Below the pieces are notes generated by a model. It did no database searches. It was not told the DNA's origin and saw only the letters and a list, made by a program, of their open reading frames with translations. Both the position numbers and the translations under genes were made by a program. A stretch of 64,000 nt of DNA from Octopus vulgaris (lineage: Eukaryota). Position 1 is the first letter of the stretch. Each line of letters starts with the position of its first letter. Positions 14,358-28,215 of this stretch are shown piece by piece. Where the stretch lies: NCBI GenBank assembly GCA_951406725.2, contig OX597814.1, positions 130,758,001 through 130,822,000 of the forward strand. The letters run 5' to 3'.

Positions 14358-14473
14358 ATAATGTTTATTTTAAGCATATATTTACGGAGACATTCTTAGT
14401 AAGTACTTATTCAAGACAGAAATTCTACGGAGATGCAATCTGGGGAGAAATATTGGGTGAAAATATTTACTTT

Positions 14474-14569
14474 AAAACATGGCGTAAATGACAGGAAGTG
14501 GTGTGCTAAGATGGCGGTTTACACAGTTACTCTAGTTCAATTGGTATGAATGGCAGGTTAGATGGCGTC
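14474..14569 (+). promoter_or_regulatory. Candidate housekeeping-type promoter motif cluster (YY1-like x3, ETS)
   Basis: aaaacatggcg, caggaagtg, aagatggcgg and agatggcgtc within 100 bp; no associated exon identified. Confidence 0.25.
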
Positions 14570-15317
14570 GTAATAGCGGTAGGAGAGAAAAGAAAGAAAT
14601 ATACGATGCGTCAACGAGTTTAGTAGCTGTAGCAAGTCGGCAAGTGGATCTTTGATGTCAATATTTATGATAATAAGCCTGGTAATTCACTGTATTTTAT
14701 TATACTAATACGCCTCACACAAACACACGCGCATGCTCACACGCCCACAAATACACACACATATATGCGTATATTACACTTGCAAGTGTATGATAAATGT
14801 AGTCATTAAATGTGCGTGTGAGTATATGTGTGTATACATACATATGTACGTGTAAGTATACATATGTATATGAGTAAAGATTGTTGAGTTTGTCTCTTAG
14901 CACTTGATTCCTGCTTTAGGTTGTTTTCTTTTATTCTTATGCTCCTATAATGTAGTGGTTGAACGAGAGATCAGTAATATAAGAACTAAGCATAAAATAG
15001 CACTGGAGTCAATTTCTCCACTAAAAATTCAAATAGTCGCATCTCAATCACTGAAACAAATAAAAGTTGACCGCGTGGTAAGAGGTTTGCTTGGTACCTG
15101 TCAATGTTCACTTTCGTGTCGCGCATTCACTGCGGTTTCCTGAGTCTCATAGAATCACGAGACAGTGAGAATTTGTGTTCCAAATTCTTTCAATAGTGAT
15201 GTATATACTCAAATTTCCATAAAGCTACTTTCTATGAAAGATACTAACATACTTTTCCATTCCTCCCCGTCACACGCACTCACGTCTGCATGAAAAAAAG
15301 TCTTAACAAAAGAACAC

Positions 15318-15510
15318 TTTTTACTATAGGCACAAGGCCTGAAATTCTTTTAGGGGAGTGGTCAAGTCGATAATATCGATCCCAGGACTCATCTACCACT
15401 TATTTCATCGACCCCGAAAGGATGAAAGCGAAATCGGCCTTGGTGGAATTTGAACTCAGAACGTAAAGGTGAACGAAATACCACTAAGCGTTATCGTCCG
15501 GCCTGCCAGC
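15318..15510 (-). mobile_element. SINE family B, diverged
   Basis: atcgaccccgaaaggatgaaag...ggaatttgaactcagaacgtaa. Confidence 0.8.
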
Positions 15511-16380
15511 TTTTGACTAAAGAATAACATGCTGTTAGTATCACATTGTACGTTCTTACCAATGCAGCAGTTACTGATACCGGTCCTTGAGTTTAAGTAA
15601 CATTGATCTTAAAACAATCTTGCTATCATTTATGAGGAATTCGAAGATTCTGTCAAAGCTCTCAAAGCTCTCAGTGGTAACTGCTCTTCTCTAATTTCAA
15701 AGCAGATTTTCTCCAGCTTTATGGACAAACTGCGATTTTTTTTTTTTGCCTTGGTATGGATCCTTGGTATGTATCAGTTAAACGGTCGGGAAAGTGAAAA
15801 AGTCTTTGGCGTTTCGAGTCTACACTCTTCAAGAGAAAGGAATGAGAGAAAATAAACAGAGAGAGAATAAAAGAAATCGTGGATTTAACGGTCAAGCATG
15901 GCGATTCGTTACAAGAAAAGAGGTTTGACAGGAGAGGTTGAAACAAGGGGAGATAATAAAGTATTGGTGATTTCAAAACGAAAATGCGCGTGCGTGCGTG
16001 TGTATGTGAGAATGTGTAAGCGTGCGTGTGTGTAGGGTGAGTGGGGTGGTGTAATGTGGTGTGGAGGTGTAGTGTGTGGGGCTTGGCTGGAGGTGTGTGA
16101 GTGGGGGTGGTATGTATATATATATATGTGTGTGTGTGTCTGAGTGGGTGTTCGCGCATATATATATGCATAGATGTGTATATGTGTGTGTGTATGTGTG
16201 CGTGTATGTTGCGTATGTGCTTGTATAAAATGTGTGTGTTTATGTCTCTGCGTTAATTTAAAGCAAAAATTCAAATCGCCGAGATTTAATTGTCATGAAA
16301 CCATTCCAGTTCTGTCTGCTAGACTATTTCTTCGTCAAATTCTGTTTGGCTTCTCGCGTTTCTTCAACTACACCATCATA

Positions 16381-16416
<36 letters not shown>

Positions 16417-16604
16417 TGTATGTATGTATGTATGTATGTATGTATGTATGTGTATCAATATATATATATTATATATATATGTGTGTGTGTCAGTATAAAT
16501 GCACACAGCCACCGATCTATGCACACATACACGTACACAGTCATACATGCTTATATACGTATGCACTATGTACGTAAAGTTACGCAAAAACACATTTATA
16601 TACA

Positions 16605-17100
16605 TCGTCATCGTCATCGCCATCACCATGATCGTCCTCATCATCGTCGTCGTCGCCGTTGTCATCATCGTCATCATCGACATCATCATCATCATCATCA
16701 TCATCATAATTACCGATGTATGTGTTGCATCAACTGGAGGAACCCCATTCTCAGCGTTGTCTGACATGTTTTTAAACCACCATAAATTCATCGCGTCACC
16801 TTCATTTCGGGCGATATCTCTGAAGATTTTAGACTCCTGGGCACCGTTACTTTCCAATCAGCTGACATATCCCGCTTATTTGTGTGTATTCTATTCAATA
16901 GCAAGAATTATGTCCATGCATCTCTTTTTCTCGAATAATCTGACTCTTTATTTTGTGACGTAAATATCATGATAGGTCTCCATCTTGTTTTGCATCCTCA
17001 TAAATAAAGACTCATATTATGTACTCATTGTGCTTTCCCTATTTTCCTTCAGCCACAATGGAACGTTTCAATTTCCCATAACAAACACCAGCGTGCCTAA
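16605..17100 (-). pseudogene. Decayed 3' end of an RTE-type LINE with a (GAT)n tail
   Basis: Minus-strand fragments *AGYVS, CP and RYRPK*R*RDEF resemble the RTE C-terminal WAGHV..W.P..RGRP..RW.D pattern. Confidence 0.5.
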
Positions 17101-17534
17101 GTTTATATATTAGTATTACACAGCAAAATTTAATGCAAAGGACGATAAGTTTGTGAACAATGCAAGTTTCCGTCTACGAAATTCAACTGTTTTCGCCATC
17201 CAGCATAATTATGGTTGCATTCAAAGAGAGAAAAAATATTTTCAATATTGAGAGAATGCTAAAGAGGCGACATATTCGCTAAATTTAAGATTTCCTTTGT
17301 CTTCAATATCACATACTTGCAATAACCTTTTAACGTTTTATGTAAATAAATTCGCTTTTTAAACTGTTAATAGCTGCATATCACGAGTGCTTTACTGATT
17401 ATTTTGCCTAAAATATTTCAAATTTTGAAGGTTTGAACATTTGATACTTGATATTCTGATATTCTGATATTTTGATATTTGTCATTCGATGTATATATAT
17501 ATATATATATCTATATATATATATATATATATAC

Positions 17535-18133
<599 letters not shown>

Positions 18134-18226
18134 TTAAAGAAAAGAGAAAATGGAGAAGTACTGGTTAACATCTATAGACTTACATCAATTATTATCTATT
18201 AATTCAAAGCAAATAGGCTGCATCCC

Positions 18227-18346
18227 ATTTAACAGCTGTTTCTGCTTCCACTGTTATATGGTATTGTCATTGATATTCAAAATATTTTAAAATATTAATC
18301 ATATTTGGTAACAAGACCTATCTGAAACAAGGAACTTCATCAGAGT
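18227..18346 (-). ncRNA. Degenerate hammerhead-like motif in a Penelope-type repeat
   Basis: Minus strand ctgatgaagttcc...ggaagcagaaacagctgtt; palindromic helix III, weak helix I. Confidence 0.4.
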
Positions 18347-18640
18347 GAAGAATAAATAAAGAAGGGCATACAATAAAAGTAGGGTAAGACCTATGTGTAT
18401 CCTTGTCTTTACTTATGAACATAATATGTTTACATATGTATGCCCAATGGTTAAATATAGGTAATATATGGGTAGCGTAATGGATATTTCTATCCCTTAG
18501 ACGGTTATTTTAACCTCTAACTCAACTAACATACATATATACATACATACATACATACACACATACATACATACATACATACATGCATGCATACATACAT
18601 ACATGCATGCATACATACATACATACATACATACATACAT

Positions 18641-18671
<31 letters not shown>

Positions 18672-18677
18672 TATATA

Positions 18678-19237
18678 CGAGGGTGAGTCAAAAAGTAATG
18701 CCGTTTTGTTTAGGACAGGTATAATTACCAACACAGGAACATGTATCATACATCAAAATGAAGCTGGTCTTCTGTGGATCACGACCCTACTTCTCAACAT
18801 AGTCACCTTCTCTCTCAATAGCAATGTTCCACCTTCGAATAAAAGCATGTATCCCTGCCCCCATAAAATTCTGTTGACTGTTCTTTGAGCCACTTGTTCA
18901 CCAGTCTTCACTTCCTCGTCACTGGAATAATGTTTGCTTCTCAAACTCTCTTTCGTGGCACCGAAGAGATGATAATCTGAAGGCGCTAAATCTGGTGATT
19001 AGTGTGGAGGTAGTGAAAAAGTGGCTGAAAGAACCGCCAACAGAATTTTACGGGGCAGGGATACATGCTTCTATTCGAAGGTGGAACATTACTATTGAGA
19101 GAGACGGTAAATATATTGAGAAGTAGGGTCGTGATCCACAGAAGACCAGCTTCCTTTTGATGTATGATACATGTTCCTGTGTGTTGATAGTTATACCTGT
19201 CCTAAACAAAATGACATTACCTTTTGACTCATCCTCG
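18678..19237. mobile_element. Palindromic mariner-derived MITE built from two transposon 3' ends
   Basis: TIR cgagggtgagtcaaaaagtaatg / cattaccttttgactcatcctcg; ~230 bp inverted arms; the minus strand encodes PDLAPSDYHLF..SSDEEVK. Confidence 0.85.
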
Positions 19238-19244
19238 TGCATAA

Positions 19245-19770
19245 GGAAAATAGGACAAGGTACAAAATGCTAAAATACTTTTACCATGAAGAACATTTTA
19301 GTACCGGTTTCAGTATTTGCGACTTTTTCAAATTAGAGTAAAACATGAAATACAATTGAATTATAAAAAAAAATAAATAAAAGGTTCTTTAAAAATATTT
19401 TCATAGTTTTCAAATACATGAGCACATTTTCCTATTTTCTGTCTCTCTCAAAACCAAGGACATCCTTCATATTAAATATTCTTTCAGACCTGCTGCTACT
19501 ACCTACCGACCGACCGACCTACCTACCTACCTACCTACCTTCCGAGCTTTCACAAAAGTAAAAGAAAAGAGACAGAAAAAAGGAAAATGTCTCTTGTATT
19601 TGAAAACTATGGAAATATTTTAAAACAAACATTTCATTTCATTTTTCCACAATTTAATTGTTTTTCTTGCTTTACTCTAAATTGAAAAAAGTTTTAAAAG
19701 ATTGAAACCGATACTAAAATGTTCTTCATGATAAAATTACTTCAGTATTTTCTACCTTGTCCTATTTTCC
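19245..19770. repeat. ~200 bp diverged inverted repeat (19245-19445 / 19569-19770), probable inverted Penelope pLTR pair
   Basis: ggaaaataggacaaggta / taccttgtcctattttcc; catgaagaacattttagta / tactaaaatgttcttcatg; gaaaccggta core relic. Confidence 0.7.
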
Positions 19771-19848
19771 ATATACATATCAACTCGTGTGTTACTTTTC
19801 AAGCTTCTACACAGACACAGACACAGACACACACACACATATATATAC

Positions 19849-20803
<955 letters not shown>

Positions 20804-20804
20804 T

Positions 20805-20892
<88 letters not shown>

Positions 20893-20952
20893 ACATATAT
20901 TTATATATATATATATATAAATATATATATATACATATATACATATATATAC

Positions 20953-20999
<47 letters not shown>

Positions 21000-21042
21000 G
21001 AAAAGAATGGAGTCGAACGAAGATTTTAACAAAATTCCTTTA

Positions 21043-21124
21043 CTTTCGACACATGTTTCGAAGACTGCATATTTTAATTCCGAAGGAATAAAGTGTGCAT
21101 TATGCCGTCTTCTCTTCAGGAAAG
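21043..21124 (-). ncRNA. Minimal type I hammerhead ribozyme (mirror copy)
   Basis: Reverse complement of 21634-21716 with all core nucleotides intact. Confidence 0.85.
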
Positions 21125-21633
21125 ACAAGGAGCCTCTATCAGTCTCACGACGAACAAAAACTTTTTGATGACTGCCTACATTGTGACCGCAGCGATAATG
21201 AGTGTTTTGTTTTAAATTATCCGTTATTAGCAATTACGTCAAAATTGGTTGGAAGGAGGAAGTATTAAAAATAGGAATGGAACAAAAATTTTGTTGTATG
21301 AATGGGGATGCGCGGGTGCTTGCTTATGTTAATAAGTGTGAGTGTTTATGTGTGTGTATTAGTGTGTGTATATAACTGCTTTTGTATATACACACACTAA
21401 TACACACACATAAACACTCACACTTATTAACATAAGCAAGCACCCGCGCATCCCCATTCATACAACAAAATTTTTGTTCCATTCCTATTTTTAATACTTC
21501 CTCCTTCCAACCAATTTTGACGTAATTGCTAATAACGGATAATTTTTAAAAAACACTCATTATCACTGCGGTCACAATGTAGGCAGTCATCAAAAAGCTT
21601 TTGTTCGTCGTGAGACTGATAGAGACTCCTTGT

Positions 21634-21716
21634 CTTTCCTGAAGAGAAGACGGCATAATGCACACTTTATTCCTTCGGAATTAAGAATATGCAGTCTTCG
21701 AAACATGTGTCGAAAG
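21634..21716 (+). ncRNA. Minimal type I hammerhead ribozyme
   Basis: Helix I ctttc/gaaag; core CUGAAGA; helix II gaagac..gcata/tatgc..gtcttc; GAAA; short helix III with palindromic acatgt; GUC cleavage triplet (C21711). Confidence 0.85.
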
Positions 21717-21905
21717 TAAAGGAATTTTGTAAAAATCTTCGTTCGACTCCATTCTTTTTATTTATTCATATAAAAATAAAACACACAAATTTCCACACAG
21801 GAACACGGAGTTTTGCCCTTGTTCAACCGTGTTTTCTGACGTGAATTTGCTACCCAGGTATCGATTAACCGAAGTATCCATACTAGGATAATTCATTCAC
21901 CTACT

Positions 21906-21961
<56 letters not shown>

Positions 21962-21998
21962 CATATATATATATATTATATATATATATATATATATA

Positions 21999-22042
<44 letters not shown>

Positions 22043-22146
22043 GATAGGTAGGTAGGTAGGTAGGTAGGTAGGTAGGTAGATAGATAATGTGTGTATATGT
22101 CTGTGTATATGTGTATTTGCATATATATATATACATGCATATACAC

Positions 22147-22199
<53 letters not shown>

Positions 22200-22298
22200 C
22201 ATACATATATACATATATATATATGTATGTATATAAGTATACATATATATTATATATGGGTGCACAGACTCAGACACAAGATATATGTGTGTGTGTGT

Positions 22299-22346
<48 letters not shown>

Positions 22347-23473
22347 TGCATTTTCAACTTTAAAGCTTTTTTTTTTAACTTTCCATCCGACGTGTGCCAG
22401 CAAATTTTTGTCTGATCTTCAGTGCGTCACGAAATCAAAAGGAAAGAGAACCACCGGTCTATTTACTCGTGAACAGAGATAAGGTAATTAATGGCGAACG
22501 GTGCTTAAAGTGAATTATTGTTCAGTCGTTGCCGATGGAAATCTATGAGCAACAAGATCTAAGGGGTAAAATGTCTACAGCAGTCGTTTGATTAAGTCGT
22601 AGACAGGGTGAAATAACAAAGAACAAAGCGAGTAGCGAAACAATATTTAAATGAAGTCGTACGGATCTCGACAGTTCAGAGGGTTCGGAATTTCCAAAAA
22701 AATAGTAAACAGTGTCTGTGAAGTGAGCGTGGCAGATATGATTTCAATTCAAACACGTTGGTTTGCATTCACTCTGTTAAATATCTCTAAACTAAGAGAG
22801 TTTATGTTTGAGATAAGACTTCTGCAATTTCTGCAACTAAGTTATAGATAAAGCGCACCAGCTTTGGACGATAAAAGAACTGTTATTATTTGCAATAGAT
22901 CTGAATGTATACACTCTGGCAGAGATTACAAAAACCCTTTCTACAAATTAATAGTAAATTTTATCCTTTTTCCAAACCAAACATAATAGACTAAAGATGA
23001 AATAAAGATAAAAAGGATCTTGCGAAGATAGTTCGGGAGATAAAAAAAGTACGAAAAAGGACAACTAGTTTATCGAATCCTCAACGTGGAGATTTATATC
23101 ACTTGATGCTGGAAATGATATTGATGGTTAGCATGTTACCGAGAGGTTTCTGATTGGAAATATCTACGTTATGTTACTCTGACGTTAATATGGTTGTATC
23201 ATTTTGGAATGCGGATTACATAGATTAAATTAACAAAAGAGATTAATTACTCAAATACTATATCACTTTGAAGAGAAAGTAATATAGATTGGAACTGAAT
23301 CTCATTAGAAAAACGTCAGTGTTTCCATTTTCAGACAATGAGGTTTTTATCCGATATCGTCTTAGCTTTTAATTTTTTATCTTGTCTGCCTCAGCGTGTG
23401 GTGAAATTAACGCCAGTTTGATATAGTACGGTAAAGTTTTGCACAGGTAGCATATATACATACATACATACAA

Positions 23474-23520
<47 letters not shown>

Positions 23521-23545
23521 CATGCATATATATATATATACATAT

Positions 23546-23775
23546 TTCTTTACTACCCACAAGGGGCTAAACACAGAGAGGACAAACAAGGGTAGACAAA
23601 CAGATTAAGTCGATTATATCGACCCCAGTGCGTACCTGGTACTTATTTAATCGACCCCGAAAGGACGAAAGGGAAAGTCGACCTCGTCGAAATATGAACT
23701 CAGGACGTAGCGGCAGACGAAATATCGCAAAGCATTTCGCCCGGTGTGCTAACGTTTCTGCCAGCTCGCCGCCTT
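23546..23775 (-). mobile_element. SINE family B monomer
   Basis: Reverse complement running from ggcggcgagctggcagaaacg to gtagtaaagaaat. Confidence 0.88.
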
Positions 23776-24119
23776 TATATATATGTTAACTCTGGGCATG
23801 GATATGCAAGCCTACTATATGCAAGCACAGAGAATACAGATAACAACATGAGAAACGTGAGGAATCAAATTTAAAATGAGCAGAAAATGGAGAAAACTTT
23901 TGATCAACAAACAAATTGACTACCATCGGTTAGATAGTTTTTCAAGTTTTGTATTAAAAAGTATTTAACCGATGTTTAATGTAAATTTACGTTTAATTTA
24001 TAATTTAAATTATATACATGTGTGTGTTTGCATGTACGTGTGTGTATGTATGTATACAGAAAGATAGCATACACACACACATATATATATTGTTTGTGCG
24101 TATCTATATGTTAATGTAA

Positions 24120-24213
<94 letters not shown>

Positions 24214-24396
24214 TCTGCATATATATGTGGGGGGGTATGTATGTTCTTACTGTTGACAAAGGCTGCGTGGCGTTCAATTGTTAAATACATTACGTGCAGG
24301 ACATCACAAACGAGCGAAAATACGTAAACACACGAGAGACAAGTACCAAACGAATGACAAGTACTAACGTGAGATAAATACCAATAGAAGTCTTAT

Positions 24397-25265
24397 CCTC
24401 AGTTGTCGACTGTTTATTATTAGCTGTTTCGTGCTTTTGACGTCAAGACTGGAAGATTTCGTAAGACAGCAGCATCCAGAAATTTAGGGCTTCGAACGAA
24501 CAAACGACACCAGAGTGGACTTGCAGAAATGATCAACGAAGACAGGTGTTTAGGGCCCTTAGGTCAAGACGGATTACAATGAGTAACGCCTGGGAGAAAT
24601 TTTGAAAGGATAGAGAATAAATAGAGGAATAAAATAGAAGAGAAAAAAAGCATTGAGAGGCGAGGTAAATGACGTCCGGTTAGGTAGACGTCTCATCCAG
24701 AAAAGACAGAGACGAGAAAAATGGTCTGTAGTCACGTGTGAGAGGGGAAAGGGGACAAGTGAGAAGATGAGAGAAATAAATAAAGGGGGTGATGAGAAGG
24801 GAGAAGGAAAGAAATATAGAGTGAAAGAAAGATAGACAGGGGACAGCAAAAAAGGAGGGGAGGAAAAGAAATATAGAGGGTTATAGAGAGATAGAGAGCT
24901 GTCACTCACACGTGATTACAGGCCATTTTTCTCGTCTCTATTTATTCTGGATGGGTCATCCAGAAAGCCGGACGTCATTTCTCTTGTCTCTTAATATCTT
25001 TTTTCTCTTCTGCTTATTCTGTATCTTTTCAAAATTTCTCCCATGCGTTACCCATTACAATTTGTCTTGGCCTAACGGCCCTAAACGCCTGTCTACATCA
25101 ATTGTTTCTGTACCTCTACTCTGGTGTCGTTTGTTCGTTCGAAGCCTTAACTCTCCGCATATTTTATATTTAAAAAATTTCTGGATGCTGCTGTCTTATG
25201 AAGTATTTCTGTCTTGTCGCTAAAAGCACGAAACAGGTAATAATAAGCAGTCGAAAACTGAGGAG
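24397..25265. repeat. ~350 bp diverged inverted repeat (24397-24743 / 24905-25265) with a purine-rich spacer
   Basis: ttcgaacgaacaaacgacaccagagt / actctggtgtcgtttgttcgttcgaa; gagacgagaaaaatgg / ccatttttctcgtctc; cgaaacagct relic. Confidence 0.8.
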
Positions 25266-25269
25266 GAGT

Positions 25270-25415
25270 TTCAGTTTCCGTCTACCAAATCCAATGGCAA
25301 GGCTTTAGTCGGCCCGAGGCTATAGTAGGTAACACTTGCCCGAAGTGCCACGCGGTGGGACTGAACCCAGAACTATGTGTTTGGAAAGCAAACGTCTTAA
25401 CACACAGCCACGCTA
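25270..25415 (-). mobile_element. SINE family A, 5' part
   Basis: tttcagtttccgtctaccaaatcc...gggactgaaccc...cacacagccac. Confidence 0.8.
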
Positions 25416-25771
25416 ACACCTACACTTCCCCACACAGGTAGATATGTATGTATGCATGTATGTATATATGTATGTATGTATCTCAGTTTCCACAAGGTAT
25501 TTCATTGCCTGTTTTGAAGGCGAAGATTATCATGTATACTTCGAGGTGGCTGCAATCAAATGACTGAAACAAGTAGAAGATAAAAGATTAGAAGTATATA
25601 TATGTATATATAAAACAGTGAATAAATTCAAACGTTTACATCTGGCCGAAAGAATTTAAATATTTAACTTTATATATATAAGGGTATATATAATATGTCT
25701 GTCTGATATTATTCCGTTGACTTAATCAAGTTTCAAACTTTCTTGGCTGCTCATCAGTTTAATCCCAGCAA

Positions 25772-25809
<38 letters not shown>

Positions 25810-25974
25810 CCATCATTATTTCGCTAGTGAATGCTAATTTAGCAGGTATTTTCGTTAAGATACTTTCAGAATATTTGAAGGTACTTTTCGATGGTACTTT
25901 TCGAATGAATGCGCTCAACTTCTTTTATTGAGTATAATGGAAAGAATCAGCTGTCCAAAGCCAGCAGACTAATG

Positions 25975-26510
25975 TGACACTTGCTTACTGGTCATGCTCC
26001 AAGAACCTTGAGGATAACTTTCACAGTTCCAAGCAATGATGATTTTTGTAGGAGTTTACCTTTTCATTTGTACCAATCTTTTTGAGCCATCGCCATAAAT
26101 GTTCAGTATTTCTTCTGTCTCTTTGCTCCTGTTGTCACTGAGACATGCTATGTCGATTATCATGTATGCTTTTTTTTCTCTTTTTCGTTCCCCACATCTG
26201 TGTCAAGTTTCTGATATATGATCTGATGGTCACACCGAATCATTGCATCCTATACAATTTTGCAATTTTCATTCGCAGTAACTCCTTCTGGGATTTTGGT
26301 CATACAACGTCTTTGCTCTTTGTAGGCTTTAATTTCCACAGAGCTCCCAATGGACCATTCTTGCCACAGTGTCATGACGTCTTTCTTATTTGCGTTGTGC
26401 CAATTTCAGGCTTTCATTAAAAATGTGTCATATTGTTTCACCCCTCTCACCACACATTCTGCATTTGTCACTCTCAGTTGTGTTGTCAATTCTGCACTTA
26501 GATAGTTCAT
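25975..26510 (-). pseudogene. Highly decayed RLE-type LINE C-terminal fragment
   Basis: Minus strand CRMCGERGETI.HI and a RRHD-like motif. Confidence 0.55.
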
Positions 26511-26589
26511 CTATCATTATTATTATTTTTTTTTTTTTTTTTATTTTTATTGTTGTTGTTGTTGTTGTTTATTTATCATTATTTTCATA

Positions 26590-27885
26590 TACACTCAAGA
26601 GATTAGACTGTTGGAAAAGAAGAGAATCCTAACATCGAGCTATAACAAGTAGCCTTAGATGCCAATAACCCACCTATTGGGTTACAGCAAGTAATTTCAG
26701 ATGCCAAGAACCCTCCCAATTATCCTAGCTGTACCTAATAACACTGTTTTCTGCAGCTGTACTAAACTGGGTTTTATACCTCTTTCCTCTATCCATCTGT
26801 TCAGAAATTTAGGGATAGTTCCCAATGCACCTTGTTATCCTGGTGTTTTGTTAAATATTTGTCTGAATGTTTTTTTTTTATCATACATAATGCACCTATT
26901 GAGATAGGAATGGCTTCTGTTTTTAGGCACCACATTCGCGTTATCTCTATTTCCAGATCTTTGTATTTTCAAAGTTTCTCCGTTTCTGTTAGAGAAACAT
27001 TGTCATCTGTTGGTATTGATGCAACAATTAGAAAACCTTCTTTTTTCTTGATCTCTGACAACTATATCCGGCGTATTGTCCTTATTTTCTTTATCTGTGT
27101 GTATTGGCATTTCCCATAGTATGGTTGCTTTCTCAATTTCTTTGACCTTTTCTGGTATATACTTATACCATCTTTTTTCTGTTGTGATTCCATAGTGTTG
27201 GCATAGCTTCCAATGTATATAGGTCCCAAATTTGTCGTGTATGTGAATATATTCCTTCTTAGTTAGGACTGGGCAGCCAGAGACAATATGATTTATTGTT
27301 TCTTCTCCATTACACATATTCTGCAGTCATTTGTATTTCTTTTTATTGCATGTTTTTGGTGATTTCTGGCGAGAAGTCTTTGATCTTGTGCTGCAATTAA
27401 AAATCCTTCAGTCTCTGCTTTGAGTCCTGAGCTTCTCAGCCATTATTGGGATTTTGCTTTGTCTATTTCTTTTCTGCTTAGCTTAATCCAATATTTGCCA
27501 TTAAGGGGCTTTTCTTGCCATCGTTTTATTATGATCCCTTGCTGTTTGGATTTCAGGTGTTTTAGAGCTTTCTTCTTTTTCTTTATAGTAATTAGGTACT
27601 ATGACTTCTTTATTGTACTTGTCAGCTTCTTTAAATACTGAAAACAGCTTTTTTTTTCGTGTTTTGTAGCTATTTGTATTAGTTTTCCTTGCTTCTGAAG
27701 TAGCTATTTCTGTAGTCCAATGGTGGTTATTTTGTACTAGTTTTCTAGCTGTGTGAGACCTCTAACACCTTTTGCACATTTTTCTAAGCCAAATTACATG
27801 TTTATTTCTTTGGTAAATCCATGTACTGTCTGCTGTAATGTTTCCGGCTGTTTATCGTTTGTAGCGTACAGTTTTAGATCATCCA
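26590..27885 (-). pseudogene. 5'-truncated R4/Dong-type LINE (end of RT, CCHC, RLE), second family
   Basis: MDDLKLYA; CNGEETINHIVSGCPVL..HD; ILWEMPIHTD..PDIVVRD; GALGTIP. Confidence 0.85.
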
Positions 27886-27944
27886 TTACCATCATCATCA
27901 TCATCGTCATCTTCATCATCGTCGTCGTCGTCGTCGTCGTTATC

Positions 27945-27976
<32 letters not shown>

Positions 27977-27980
27977 CATT

Positions 27981-28018
<38 letters not shown>

Positions 28019-28047
28019 TTCTTTGGTAAATCCATGTACTGTCTGCT

Positions 28048-28087
<40 letters not shown>

Positions 28088-28116
28088 CCATCATCATCAC
28101 CATCATCATCACCATC

Positions 28117-28214
<98 letters not shown>
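27881..28214. repeat. Compound (CAT/CGT/CAC)n microsatellite, representative of the many simple repeats in the window
   Basis: Directly visible; other large tracts at 9657-10250, 11200-11520, 43228-43430 and 50984-51370. Confidence 0.95.

Positions 28215-28215
<1 letters not shown>

Larger units (their letters stand above)
21001..21758. repeat. Near-perfect 758 bp palindrome (arms 21001-21374 / 21385-21758, 10 nt spacer) between (TA)n tracts
   Basis: Arms are reverse complements with about 7 differences by eye, all in the outer part. Confidence 0.95.

Noticed and set aside
16711-16860. Minus-strand exon candidate (ESNGAQESKIFRD...) with a GT donor
   Set aside because: Better explained as a decayed RTE C-terminus
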